DNA from: Delftia acidovorans NBRC 14950
Lineage (GTDB): Bacteria; Pseudomonadota; Gammaproteobacteria; Burkholderiales; Burkholderiaceae_C
Reading direction: 5' to 3'
Assembly: GCF_001598795.1 (NCBI RefSeq)
Contig: NZ_BCZP01000016.1
Location: forward strand, 60,001-92,000
DNA length: 32,000 bases
Shown here one piece after another: positions 8,743-16,895 of this stretch. The notes beneath the pieces were generated by a model. It saw only the letters and a program-made list of their open reading frames with translations, had not been told where the DNA came from and did not search any database. Within the stretch, counting starts at the first letter, position 1. Every line of letters begins with the position of its first letter. The translations under genes were made by a program, and so were the position numbers.

Positions 8743-9516
8743 TCACGCCGTCACCGGCTGCTCCAGTGCCTCGAGCTTGAGCACCACCAGCGACAGGTTG
8801 TCACCCCCGCCCTGGGCGCGCACGCGTGCCTTGTCGATCAGGAATTCCGTGGCCTCGCGCGGCGTGAGCGCGTTGAGCACGGTGCCCAGTTCCTCCGCCG
8901 TGTAGTAGTGCCAGACGCCGTCGCTGCAGGCCATGAGCGTGGTGCCCGGATGCACATGCTCGATCACGTGGTGGCTCATGGGCGGCTCGGCCTCGGTGCC
9001 CAGGCAGCCCAGCAGGATGTTGGACTTGGGGTGCACATGGGCCTCGAATTCGGTGAGTTCTCCCCTGTCCACCAAGGACTGGACGTAGGAGTGGTCCTTG
9101 GTGCGGTGGACCATGGTCGCGCCCTGGTAGTGGTAGATGCGCGAATCGCCCGAATGCACCCAGTGGCAGCGGCCCTGGGGCAGCAGCACGAAGGCGGCAA
9201 TGGTGCTGTGCGGCTCCTGCTCGGCCGAAATGGCCGTCAGCCGGATCACCATGTGCGACTCGTGGACGATGCTCTCCAGCAGCGCCGTGCAGTCCTCCTT
9301 GCCCGGCTCGAAGCGCTCGAACAGCTGGCGCGCCGTGAGCATGACCTGGTCGGAGGCCTTGCGCCCGCCACTGCGCCCGCCCATGCCGTCGGCCAGCACG
9401 CCCAGCAGGCAGCCGTGTACATAGGGGTGGGCCATGAGCATCACCTGGTCTTGCTGGTATTGCCTGTCACCGCGATGGATGCCTGTGGCGGCTTGGAGTC
9501 GGTACGCTGGCTGCAT
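8743..9516 (-). CDS. PP2C-family (PPM) Ser/Thr protein phosphatase
   Basis: 257 aa. PPM motifs LADGMGG, HSGDSRIY, ACSDGVW and GGGDNLSLVVLK. Confidence 0.88.
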   Translation of the reverse strand: MQPAYRLQAATGIHRGDRQYQQDQVMLMAHPYVHGCLLGVLADGMGGRSGGRKASDQVMLTARQLFERFEPGKEDCTALLESIVHESHMVIRLTAISAEQEPHSTIAAFVLLPQGRCHWVHSGDSRIYHYQGATMVHRTKDHSYVQSLVDRGELTEFEAHVHPKSNILLGCLGTEAEPPMSHHVIEHVHPGTTLMACSDGVWHYYTAEELGTVLNALTPREATEFLIDKARVRAQGGGDNLSLVVLKLEALEQPVTA

Positions 9517-9673
9517 GGTCTCTGGTTTGGTGGGCTCTTGGGGCGGTGGATGGGCACACCAATGTCATGGCGCATATTATCGGAGCACCGTCCCCGGCGC
9601 TGGCACGCCGCACCCCGGCGGCGCTCTCTTTTTCAACAAACGGACCCGCCCTTTGCATTCCCTGACCGCCGCC

Positions 9674-11821
9674 GTGCAGGCGGCCTTCGCGCCGCAAGGC
9701 CTGCTGTCGCGCGCCGAGGCGCTGTTCCTGCCGCGTGAGGGGCAGACCCGCATGGCCCTGGCCGTGGCCCAGGCCATCGAGCAGCGCCAGACCCTTGTGG
9801 TCGAGGCCGGCACGGGCGTGGGCAAGACCTATGCCTACCTGGTGCCGGCCCTGCTCAGCGGCCAGCGCGTGCTGGTGTCCACGGCCACGCGCGCGCTGCA
9901 GGATCAGCTGTATGCCCGCGATCTGCCGCGCCTCGTAGCCGCGTTGGGCATGCCGCTGCGCATGGCGCGCCTCAAGGGCCGCAGCGCCTACCTGTGCATG
10001 GAGCGGCTGGAGCGTGTGCGCCAGGGCCGCACGGCGCCGCAGGACCCGCAGGTGCTGCGCAGCGTGGCCCTGGTCGAGCGATGGGCACGCACCACGCGCA
10101 CGGGCGACCTGGGCGAGTTGCCCGCGCTGGACGAGCGCTCGCCCGCGCTGCCCCTGGTCACTTCCACACGCGACAACTGCCTGGGTTCCGACTGCCCGCA
10201 TTGGCAGGACTGCCATGTCAACGTGGCCCGCCGCGCTGCGCTGGAGGCCGACGTGGTGGTCATCAACCACCACCTCATGTTTGCCGACCTGGATGTGCGC
10301 GAGTCGGGCGTGGCCCAGTTGCTGCCCAGCGTGGGCGTGGTCGTTGTGGACGAGGCCCACCAGCTCAACGACACCGGTGTGCAGTTCGCGGGCCAGAGCC
10401 TGTCGGGCCAGCAACTGACGGGCTATGCCCGCGATGTGCTGCGCGCCGGCCAGGAACTGGCGCGCGGCATGGCCGACTGGATGCAGCTTGCGGCACGTGT
10501 GGAGCAGGCCTTGCGCGAGCTGCGCCTGGCAGCAGGCAAGCCCCCGGTGGGCGGGCGCCTGCCCTGGCAGGGTGTGACGCCGCAGGGGCTGGACGCGCAG
10601 CGCTGGCGCACCGCCCTGGTGACGCTGGGGCGCAGCCTGCGGGCACTGCTGGAGCCGCTGGTGCAACTGCAGATCAGCGACCCCGAACTGCGCAGGCTGT
10701 TCGAGCGCGGCAACGAACTGCTGCGGCGCCTGGCCACCTTTGCCGCCGCCGCCGTGCAGGACACGGTGCGCTGGCTGGAGCTGGGCAGCCAGCAGATGCG
10801 CATGCTGGAGTCTCCGCTGACCATTGCGCACATCATGCGCACGCGGCTGCTGGGGTTGACGCAGGAGCAGGAGGAATCGGAAGACCAGGAGCGAGAGGAT
10901 GCACAGCCCGAGCCACAAGAACAGGAAGAAGGCGCGCCCGCGCCCGTTCCCGAAGCTGCAGGCCTGCCCCGGCAGCCCTCGGGCACCGCGTGGATCTTCA
11001 CCTCGGCCACGCTGGGTGACGACGAGCGCCTGAGCTGGTTCACCGAGCCCTGCGGCCTGCGCGAGGCCCAGGTGCTGCGCGTGGACAGTCCCTTTGACTA
11101 TGCGAGGCAGGCAGCGCTTTACGTGCCCCGGCCCTTTGCCCAGGCCGGCAGCGCCACGCACAGCACCGAGGTGGCGCGCCTGGCGCTGGATGCCGCCCAG
11201 CGCCTGGGCGGGCGCACGCTGGTGCTGACGACCACGTTGCGGGCGCTGCACGCCATAGGCGATGCGCTGCAGCAGTCGCTGGGGCTGTTTGGTGAACTCG
11301 ATGTGCTGGTCCAGGGGCAGGCGCCCAAGCTGGCCTTGATCGAGCGCTTTATCGCGGCCGGAGAAGGCAGGGAAGGCACGGGGGCAAGCCCGGGGCGGGG
11401 CTGCATTCTGGTGGCCTCGGCCACTTTCTGGGAGGGAGTGGACCTGCCGGGCGATGCGCTGCAGCTGGTGGTCATCGACAAGCTGCCGTTTCCGCCGCCC
11501 GACGATCCGCTGGTCGAGGCGCGTTCGCGCAGCCTGGAATCCGTGGGGCGTCAGGCCTTTGCCGACTACATGCTGCCCGAGGCCGCCATGGCGCTCAAGC
11601 AGGGCGCTGGCCGCCTGATCCGGCGCGAGACGGATCGCGGCGTGCTCGTGGTCTGTGATTCCCGGTTGGCCACCATGGGTTACGGGCGGCGGCTGCGTGC
11701 TGCGCTGCCGCCCATGCGGACCCTGGTGGACGAGGTGGCCTTTGTTCAGGCCCTGCAGGCGCTGGCGCAGCCTGCGCCGCAGATCACCACAGCTTCCACC
11801 ACGACTTCTGCTTTGCCGTGA
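9674..11821 (+). CDS. yoaA: ATP-dependent DNA helicase, DinG/YoaA family (XPD-like, 4Fe-4S)
   Basis: Walker A VVEAGTGVGKTYAYL, DEAH box VVVDEAHQL, Fe-S cysteines (YLCMERLE; NCLGSDCPHWQDCHV), and C-terminal motifs FWEGVDLPG, IDKLPFPPPDDPL, KQGAGRLIRRETDRGV. It has no N-terminal exonuclease domain, and its N-terminus FAPQGLLSRAEALFLPREGQTRMA resembles enterobacterial YoaA as I recall it. The start is uncertain: no in-frame ATG lies upstream of the conserved N-terminus. I chose GTG 9674; TTG 9653 is the alternative. The track start at 9434 overlaps the PP2C gene and is spurious. Confidence 0.85.
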   Translation: MQAAFAPQGLLSRAEALFLPREGQTRMALAVAQAIEQRQTLVVEAGTGVGKTYAYLVPALLSGQRVLVSTATRALQDQLYARDLPRLVAALGMPLRMARLKGRSAYLCMERLERVRQGRTAPQDPQVLRSVALVERWARTTRTGDLGELPALDERSPALPLVTSTRDNCLGSDCPHWQDCHVNVARRAALEADVVVINHHLMFADLDVRESGVAQLLPSVGVVVVDEAHQLNDTGVQFAGQSLSGQQLTGYARDVLRAGQELARGMADWMQLAARVEQALRELRLAAGKPPVGGRLPWQGVTPQGLDAQRWRTALVTLGRSLRALLEPLVQLQISDPELRRLFERGNELLRRLATFAAAAVQDTVRWLELGSQQMRMLESPLTIAHIMRTRLLGLTQEQEESEDQEREDAQPEPQEQEEGAPAPVPEAAGLPRQPSGTAWIFTSATLGDDERLSWFTEPCGLREAQVLRVDSPFDYARQAALYVPRPFAQAGSATHSTEVARLALDAAQRLGGRTLVLTTTLRALHAIGDALQQSLGLFGELDVLVQGQAPKLALIERFIAAGEGREGTGASPGRGCILVASATFWEGVDLPGDALQLVVIDKLPFPPPDDPLVEARSRSLESVGRQAFADYMLPEAAMALKQGAGRLIRRETDRGVLVVCDSRLATMGYGRRLRAALPPMRTLVDEVAFVQALQALAQPAPQITTASTTTSALP

Positions 11822-12575
11822 GGTCCTGGTCGGACTCCTGGCCGTAGGAGGCGGACAGCACGCGTTGCGCGTCGTCGCGCAACTGCGTCATGCCCAGGGC
11901 GTCGTATGAATTCACCAGGATCTGCATGGCCTCGCGCACGGCGGGCACGCCCTGGTAGTCCTTGACGGCCGTCTGCGCGCGCGCGATGGCGGCCACGTAG
12001 GCGCCGCGTCCGTAGTAGTAGCGGGCCACATGCACTTCGTACTGCGCCAGCGAGTTGACGATGTACTGCATGCGCAGCCGCGAATCCTCGGCGTAGCGCG
12101 ACTCGGGGAAGCGCGTCACCAGTTCGCGGAAGGACTCGAACGAGTCCTTGGCGGCCTTCTGGTCACGCTCGGACAGATCCTGGCGCGACAGCCAGGAGAA
12201 CATGCCCAGGTTGTCGTTGAAGTTGACCAGGCCCTTCAGGTAGAGGGCGTAGTCGGTGGCGGGGCTGGCCGGATGCAGCTTCAGGAAGCGGTCCAGCGTG
12301 GCGGTGGCCTGGATCTTGTCGCCGCTCTTGTACTGGGCATAGGCCTTGTCGAGCTGGGCCTGCTGGGCCAGGGGCGTGCCGGCGGCACGGCCTTCGAGCT
12401 TCTCGAACAGCGGAACGGCCTTGTCGAACGCGCCGGAGGCGGCTTCGTCGCGGGCCTCGGTATAGATGCGGTCCGGGGTCCACTTGGCAGTAGGGTCTTG
12501 CTGCGTACTGGAGCAGGCTGTCAGAACGCCTGCGACCAGCATGGCGGGAACGATGGACAGGGGAATACGCTGCAT
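11784..12575 (-). CDS. bamD: Outer membrane protein assembly factor BamD (lipoprotein)
   Basis: MQRIPLSIVPAMLVAGVLTAC-SS lipobox, TPR-like body (AQYKSGDK, LYLKGLVNF, ARYYYGRGAYVAAIARAQ) and the C-terminus KSWWKLW. The start is trimmed to ATG 12575. Confidence 0.9.
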   Translation of the reverse strand: MQRIPLSIVPAMLVAGVLTACSSTQQDPTAKWTPDRIYTEARDEAASGAFDKAVPLFEKLEGRAAGTPLAQQAQLDKAYAQYKSGDKIQATATLDRFLKLHPASPATDYALYLKGLVNFNDNLGMFSWLSRQDLSERDQKAAKDSFESFRELVTRFPESRYAEDSRLRMQYIVNSLAQYEVHVARYYYGRGAYVAAIARAQTAVKDYQGVPAVREAMQILVNSYDALGMTQLRDDAQRVLSASYGQESDQDLTAKQKSWWKLW

Positions 12576-12787
12576 GGTGGACGTTTCTCGGGCAATCGAA
12601 GGGCGGTGAGAGGGTTGGCGGGCAGGGACGCGGGCCGCGCTGAGGGGCCGCACAAAGCCTGATTTTCCCGCAACCGGGCCGAAGCATTGTAACGGCCTGC
12701 GATGCCCGCCCCGCAGGCGGGGGCGGCGGCAAAGGCATGGCCGTGAACGGGTCCCGGCCTTGCGGAGCTTTCTACAATGGCGCCCAT

Positions 12788-15700
12788 ATGTTTGTCCATT
12801 TGCGCCTGCACACCGAATTCTCCGTCGTGGACGGAACCAACCGCATCAATGCCATCGTCAAGGCCGCCGCCGAGGATGGGCAGGTCGCACTGGCCGTCAC
12901 AGACTTCAACAACCTGTTTGGCGGCGTCAAGTTCTACCGCGAAGGGCGGGCCAAGGGCGTCAAGCCCGTGCTGGGCGCGGAAATCCAGATCGAAGGCGAG
13001 AACGGCGCCGCCGTCTCGCGCATCATCGTGCTGGTGCAAAGCCCGCTGGGCTACCACAACCTGTCCGAACTGCTGGCCCGTGGCTGGACCCGCAACGTGG
13101 TCAAGGGCCAGGCCGTGCACACCTGGGCCTGGCTGCAGGAGCTGGGCGAGGGGCTGATCGTGCTGGCCGGTGCCCAGGCCGGCCCCGTGGGCCAGGCGCT
13201 GATGCGCGGCGACGAGGCCGGCGCAGCCGCCGTGGCCCAGCGGCTGGCAGGCATGTTCCCGCACCGTTTCTTCATCGAACTGCAGCGCGCCGGCCGCCAG
13301 GACGATGAGGCCCATGTGCTGGCCGCCGTGCAACTGGCCGAGCGGCTGAACCTGCCCGTGGTGGCCACGCACCCCATCCAGTTCTTCGGCCCCGACGACT
13401 ACGAAGCGCACGAGGCGCGCGTGTGCATCGCCGAGGGCGAGATCCTGGCCAACCCGAAGCGCGTGCGCCGCTTCACGCGCGACCAGCATTTCAAGACCGC
13501 CGCGCAGATGCAGGCGCTGTTCGCCGACATTCCCAGCGCCATTGCCAACACCGTGGAAATCGCGCGCCGCTGCAGCCTGACCCTGGTGCTGGGCAAGCCG
13601 CAACTGCCCAATTTCCCCGTGCCTGACGGCATGACCATGGACGAGTTCTTCCGCAGCGAATCCTTCAACGGCCTGGAAGACCGCCTGACCCATCTGTATC
13701 CCGATCCCACCAAGCGCGAGGCGCAGCGCCCGCGCTACGTGGAACGGCTGGAATTCGAGATCGGCACCATCCTCAAGATGGGCTTCCCAGGCTACTTCCT
13801 CATCGTGGGCGACTTCATCAAGTGGGCCAAGCTCAACGGCTGCCCCGTGGGCCCGGGCCGCGGATCGGGCGCGGGCTCGCTGGTGGCCTACGTGCTCAAG
13901 ATCACGGACCTGGACCCGCTGGAATACAACCTGCTGTTCGAGCGCTTCCTGAACCCCGAGCGCGTGTCCATGCCCGACTTCGACGTGGACTTCTGCCAGG
14001 CCAACCGCGACCGCGTCATCGACTATGTGAAGCAGCTCTACGGCCGCGACGCCGTCAGCCAGATCGCCACCTTCGGCACCATGGCCGCGCGCGCGGCCAT
14101 CCGCGACGTGGGCCGCGTGCTGGACATGAGCTACACCTTCTGCGACGGCATCTCCAAGCTCATTCCCAACAAGCCGGGCCTGCACGTCACGCTCAAATAC
14201 CCGCCCAATCCGAAGAAGGAGGGCGACAAGTACACCTATGCCATCGAGGCCGAGCCCATGCTGGCCGAGCGCATCGAAAAAGAAGAAGACGTCAAGACCC
14301 TGATCGAAATGGCCCAGAAGCTCGAAGGCATGACTCGCAACATCGGCATGCACGCGGGCGGCGTGGTGATCGCTCCGGGCAAGCTCGCCGACTTCTGCCC
14401 GCTGTACCAGCAGCCGGGCAGCGACTCCGCTGTGGCCATGTACGACAAGGACGATGTGGAGGCCGTGGGCCTGGTGAAGTTCGACTTTCTGGGCCTGGCC
14501 ACGCTGACCATCCTGGAGATCGCGCGCGAGTTCATCATCAAGCGCCACAAGGGTCAGGAGAACTTCGCCTTCGAGAACATCCCGCTGGACGATGCGCGGA
14601 CCTACCAGCTGTTTTCCGAGGGCAAGACCGAAGCCGTGTTCCAGTTTGAATCGCGCGGCATGCAGGGCATGCTGCGCGACGCCAAGCCCAGCCGCCTGGA
14701 AGACCTGATCGCACTGAACGCACTGTACCGCCCGGGCCCCATGGACCTGATCCCCAGCTTCGTCGCGCGCAAGCACGGCAAGGAAGTGGTGGAGTACCCG
14801 CACCCGCTGGTCGAGCAGGTGCTGGCCGAGACCTACGGCATCATGGTCTACCAAGAGCAGGTGATGCAGACCGCCCAGGTACTGGGCGGCTACTCGCTGG
14901 GCGGCGCCGACCTCTTGCGCCGAGCCATGGGCAAGAAGAAGGTCGAGGAAATGGTCATGCACCGCGGGATCTTCCGCGAGGGCGCGGCCAAGCAGGGCAT
15001 CAGCGAGGAAAAGGCCGACGAGGTCTTCGACCTGATGGAGAAGTTCGCGGGCTACGGCTTCAACAAGTCGCACGCCGCCGCCTACTCGCTGCTGGCCTAC
15101 CACACGGCCTGGCTCAAGGTGCACTACACGGCCGAGTTCTACTGCGGGAACATGACCGTGGAAATGGACAACACCGACAAGCTCAAGGTGTTGTACGAAG
15201 ACGCGCTCAAGATGGGCATCAGTTTCGAGCCGCCGGACGTCAACCGTGGCATGTACCGCTTCGAGCCCGTCACCGACAAGGTCATCCGCTACGGCCTGGG
15301 CGCCATCAAGGGCACGGGCCAGCAGGCCATCGAGGCCATCGTTGCGGCGCGCGAAGGCCGCGGCGTGGGGCCGCGCGGCGCCGACAAGGGACCTTTCAAG
15401 AGCCTGGCCGACTTCTGCGTGCGCGTGGACCGCACGCGCCTGAACAAGCGCACGCTGGAAGCCCTGATCAAGGGCGGCGCCTTCGACGCCATCGAGCTCA
15501 ACCGGGCGTCGCTGGTGGCCTCCATCGACCATGCCTTCGAGTTCGGCAACAAGACGCTGGCCAACGCCAACCAGGGCGGCCTGTTCGACATGATGGGCGA
15601 TGACGCCGTGGGCTCCAGCACCCAGGAGCCGCCTCTGGTCGAGGCACTGCCCTGGGGCGTGAAGGAGCGGCTGACCCAGGAAAAGACGGCGGTGGGCTTC

Positions 15701-16321
15701 TACCTCTCGGGCCACCTGTTCGATGAGGTCGAGAAAGAGGTGCGCCGCTTCGTGCGCACGCCCCTGGCCGAGCTGCGCGACAGTCGCGAGCCCCAGACGC
15801 TGGCCGGCATCATCAGCGACTTCCGCGCCATCAACGGCCAGCGCGGGCGGCTGGGCCTGTTCAAGATCGACGATGGCTCGGGCGTGATCGAGGCCTCGGT
15901 GGACGAGAACACGCTCAACACCTACCGCGAACTGCTCAAGGACGATGAATTCGTCGTCATCACCGGGCGCCTGCAGCTCGACCATTTCAGCGGCGGCCTG
16001 CGCATGAAGGCCCAGCAGCTATGGAATCTGGCAGACGCGCGCTGCCGCTTTGCGCGCTACCTGCAGGTCAGCGTGGGCGAGAAGATGCCTGATGTGCTTG
16101 GCCTGCTGCGCCAGTTCCCCGCCGTGGTGGAGCAGGGCGAACATGGCGAGCTGCAGCGCGGCATGAAAGTGCGCCTGGGCCTGGTCTGCGAGGACGAGCG
16201 CGGCTCGGCCAGCTGCGAGCTGGCGCTGGGCGATGCCAGCCGCTTCTATCCCAGCGATGCGGCCCTGGCGGCCTGGTACGCCCAGGCCGGCAGTGCCCAG
16301 GTCAAGGTGGTCTACGAATAA
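12788..16321 (+). CDS. dnaE: DNA polymerase III alpha subunit
   Basis: MFVHLRLHTEFSVVDG (PHP domain), GFPGYFLIVGDFIKWAK, PGRGSGAGSLVAYVLKITDLDP, PDFDVDF, and a C-terminal OB region. 1177 aa from ATG 12788; the track start at 12737 adds a non-conserved extension. Confidence 0.97.
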   Translation: MFVHLRLHTEFSVVDGTNRINAIVKAAAEDGQVALAVTDFNNLFGGVKFYREGRAKGVKPVLGAEIQIEGENGAAVSRIIVLVQSPLGYHNLSELLARGWTRNVVKGQAVHTWAWLQELGEGLIVLAGAQAGPVGQALMRGDEAGAAAVAQRLAGMFPHRFFIELQRAGRQDDEAHVLAAVQLAERLNLPVVATHPIQFFGPDDYEAHEARVCIAEGEILANPKRVRRFTRDQHFKTAAQMQALFADIPSAIANTVEIARRCSLTLVLGKPQLPNFPVPDGMTMDEFFRSESFNGLEDRLTHLYPDPTKREAQRPRYVERLEFEIGTILKMGFPGYFLIVGDFIKWAKLNGCPVGPGRGSGAGSLVAYVLKITDLDPLEYNLLFERFLNPERVSMPDFDVDFCQANRDRVIDYVKQLYGRDAVSQIATFGTMAARAAIRDVGRVLDMSYTFCDGISKLIPNKPGLHVTLKYPPNPKKEGDKYTYAIEAEPMLAERIEKEEDVKTLIEMAQKLEGMTRNIGMHAGGVVIAPGKLADFCPLYQQPGSDSAVAMYDKDDVEAVGLVKFDFLGLATLTILEIAREFIIKRHKGQENFAFENIPLDDARTYQLFSEGKTEAVFQFESRGMQGMLRDAKPSRLEDLIALNALYRPGPMDLIPSFVARKHGKEVVEYPHPLVEQVLAETYGIMVYQEQVMQTAQVLGGYSLGGADLLRRAMGKKKVEEMVMHRGIFREGAAKQGISEEKADEVFDLMEKFAGYGFNKSHAAAYSLLAYHTAWLKVHYTAEFYCGNMTVEMDNTDKLKVLYEDALKMGISFEPPDVNRGMYRFEPVTDKVIRYGLGAIKGTGQQAIEAIVAAREGRGVGPRGADKGPFKSLADFCVRVDRTRLNKRTLEALIKGGAFDAIELNRASLVASIDHAFEFGNKTLANANQGGLFDMMGDDAVGSSTQEPPLVEALPWGVKERLTQEKTAVGFYLSGHLFDEVEKEVRRFVRTPLAELRDSREPQTLAGIISDFRAINGQRGRLGLFKIDDGSGVIEASVDENTLNTYRELLKDDEFVVITGRLQLDHFSGGLRMKAQQLWNLADARCRFARYLQVSVGEKMPDVLGLLRQFPAVVEQGEHGELQRGMKVRLGLVCEDERGSASCELALGDASRFYPSDAALAAWYAQAGSAQVKVVYE

Positions 16322-16472
16322 CCCGCAAGGTGGCGCAGCGCCCGATGGCGGCGAGCAGGCACTGCTTTGGTGCGTGCTTGCCGGCCCGGGCGGGCGCCGC
16401 GCTTGAATTCTTCAGGCATGCCTCGCATATCCCTTCCGGAAAACAGTGGCTCCGATGGCTAGAATGATTTTC

Positions 16473-16832
16473 ATGGCAACCCAACCCCCTTCGATCCCTC
16501 CTGCCATCCCTACAGTGCGGCCCGTGTCCGACGATGACGGTGCCGTGGTGCTGGAGCGGCGACGCCAGCGCGTCCAGCCGCCGCAGATGTACCAGGTCGT
16601 GATGCTCAACGATGACTTCACGCCCATGGAATTCGTCATCATCGTCCTGCAGGAACTCTTCGGTAAGGACCGCGAAACGGCCACCCAGATCATGCTCAAG
16701 ATCCATCTGGATGGCCGCGGCGTCTGCGGCGTGTACTCGCGCGACGTGGCGGCCACCAAGGTCGAACAGGTGCTGCAGGCGGCCCAGAAGGCAGGCCATC
16801 CGTTGCAGGCGATGTTCGAGCCTGTTGAATAA
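16473..16832 (+). CDS. clpS: ATP-dependent Clp protease adaptor ClpS
   Basis: Core [50 protein letters not shown]. The start is ambiguous among GTG 16446 and ATG 16455, 16464 or 16473. I chose 16473 (MATQPPS...). Confidence 0.9.
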   Translation: MATQPPSIPPAIPTVRPVSDDDGAVVLERRRQRVQPPQMYQVVMLNDDFTPMEFVIIVLQELFGKDRETATQIMLKIHLDGRGVCGVYSRDVAATKVEQVLQAAQKAGHPLQAMFEPVE

Positions 16833-16895
16833 ACCCGGGCCGCCCTGATTTATGGTTGCAGTCAATAATCCCCAGCAAGCGAAAAGGAGTCATCA

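Noticed and set aside
8081-8905. 274-aa alternative-frame ORF overlapping the secreted coiled-coil gene and the PP2C 3' end; also 7816..8631 (-).
   Set aside because: It has Pro/Arg/Ser-rich off-frame composition. The 8005..8733 frame has the high GC3 and a proper signal peptide.
12576-12787. 212-bp bamD/dnaE divergent region: GC hairpin CCGCCCC-N7-GGGGCGG, direct GGGCCGC repeats and a TACAAT box 12 nt before the dnaE ATG.
   Set aside because: The motifs are short, GC-driven and not paired with a credible -35 at proper spacing. I cannot separate signal from composition without comparative or TSS data.
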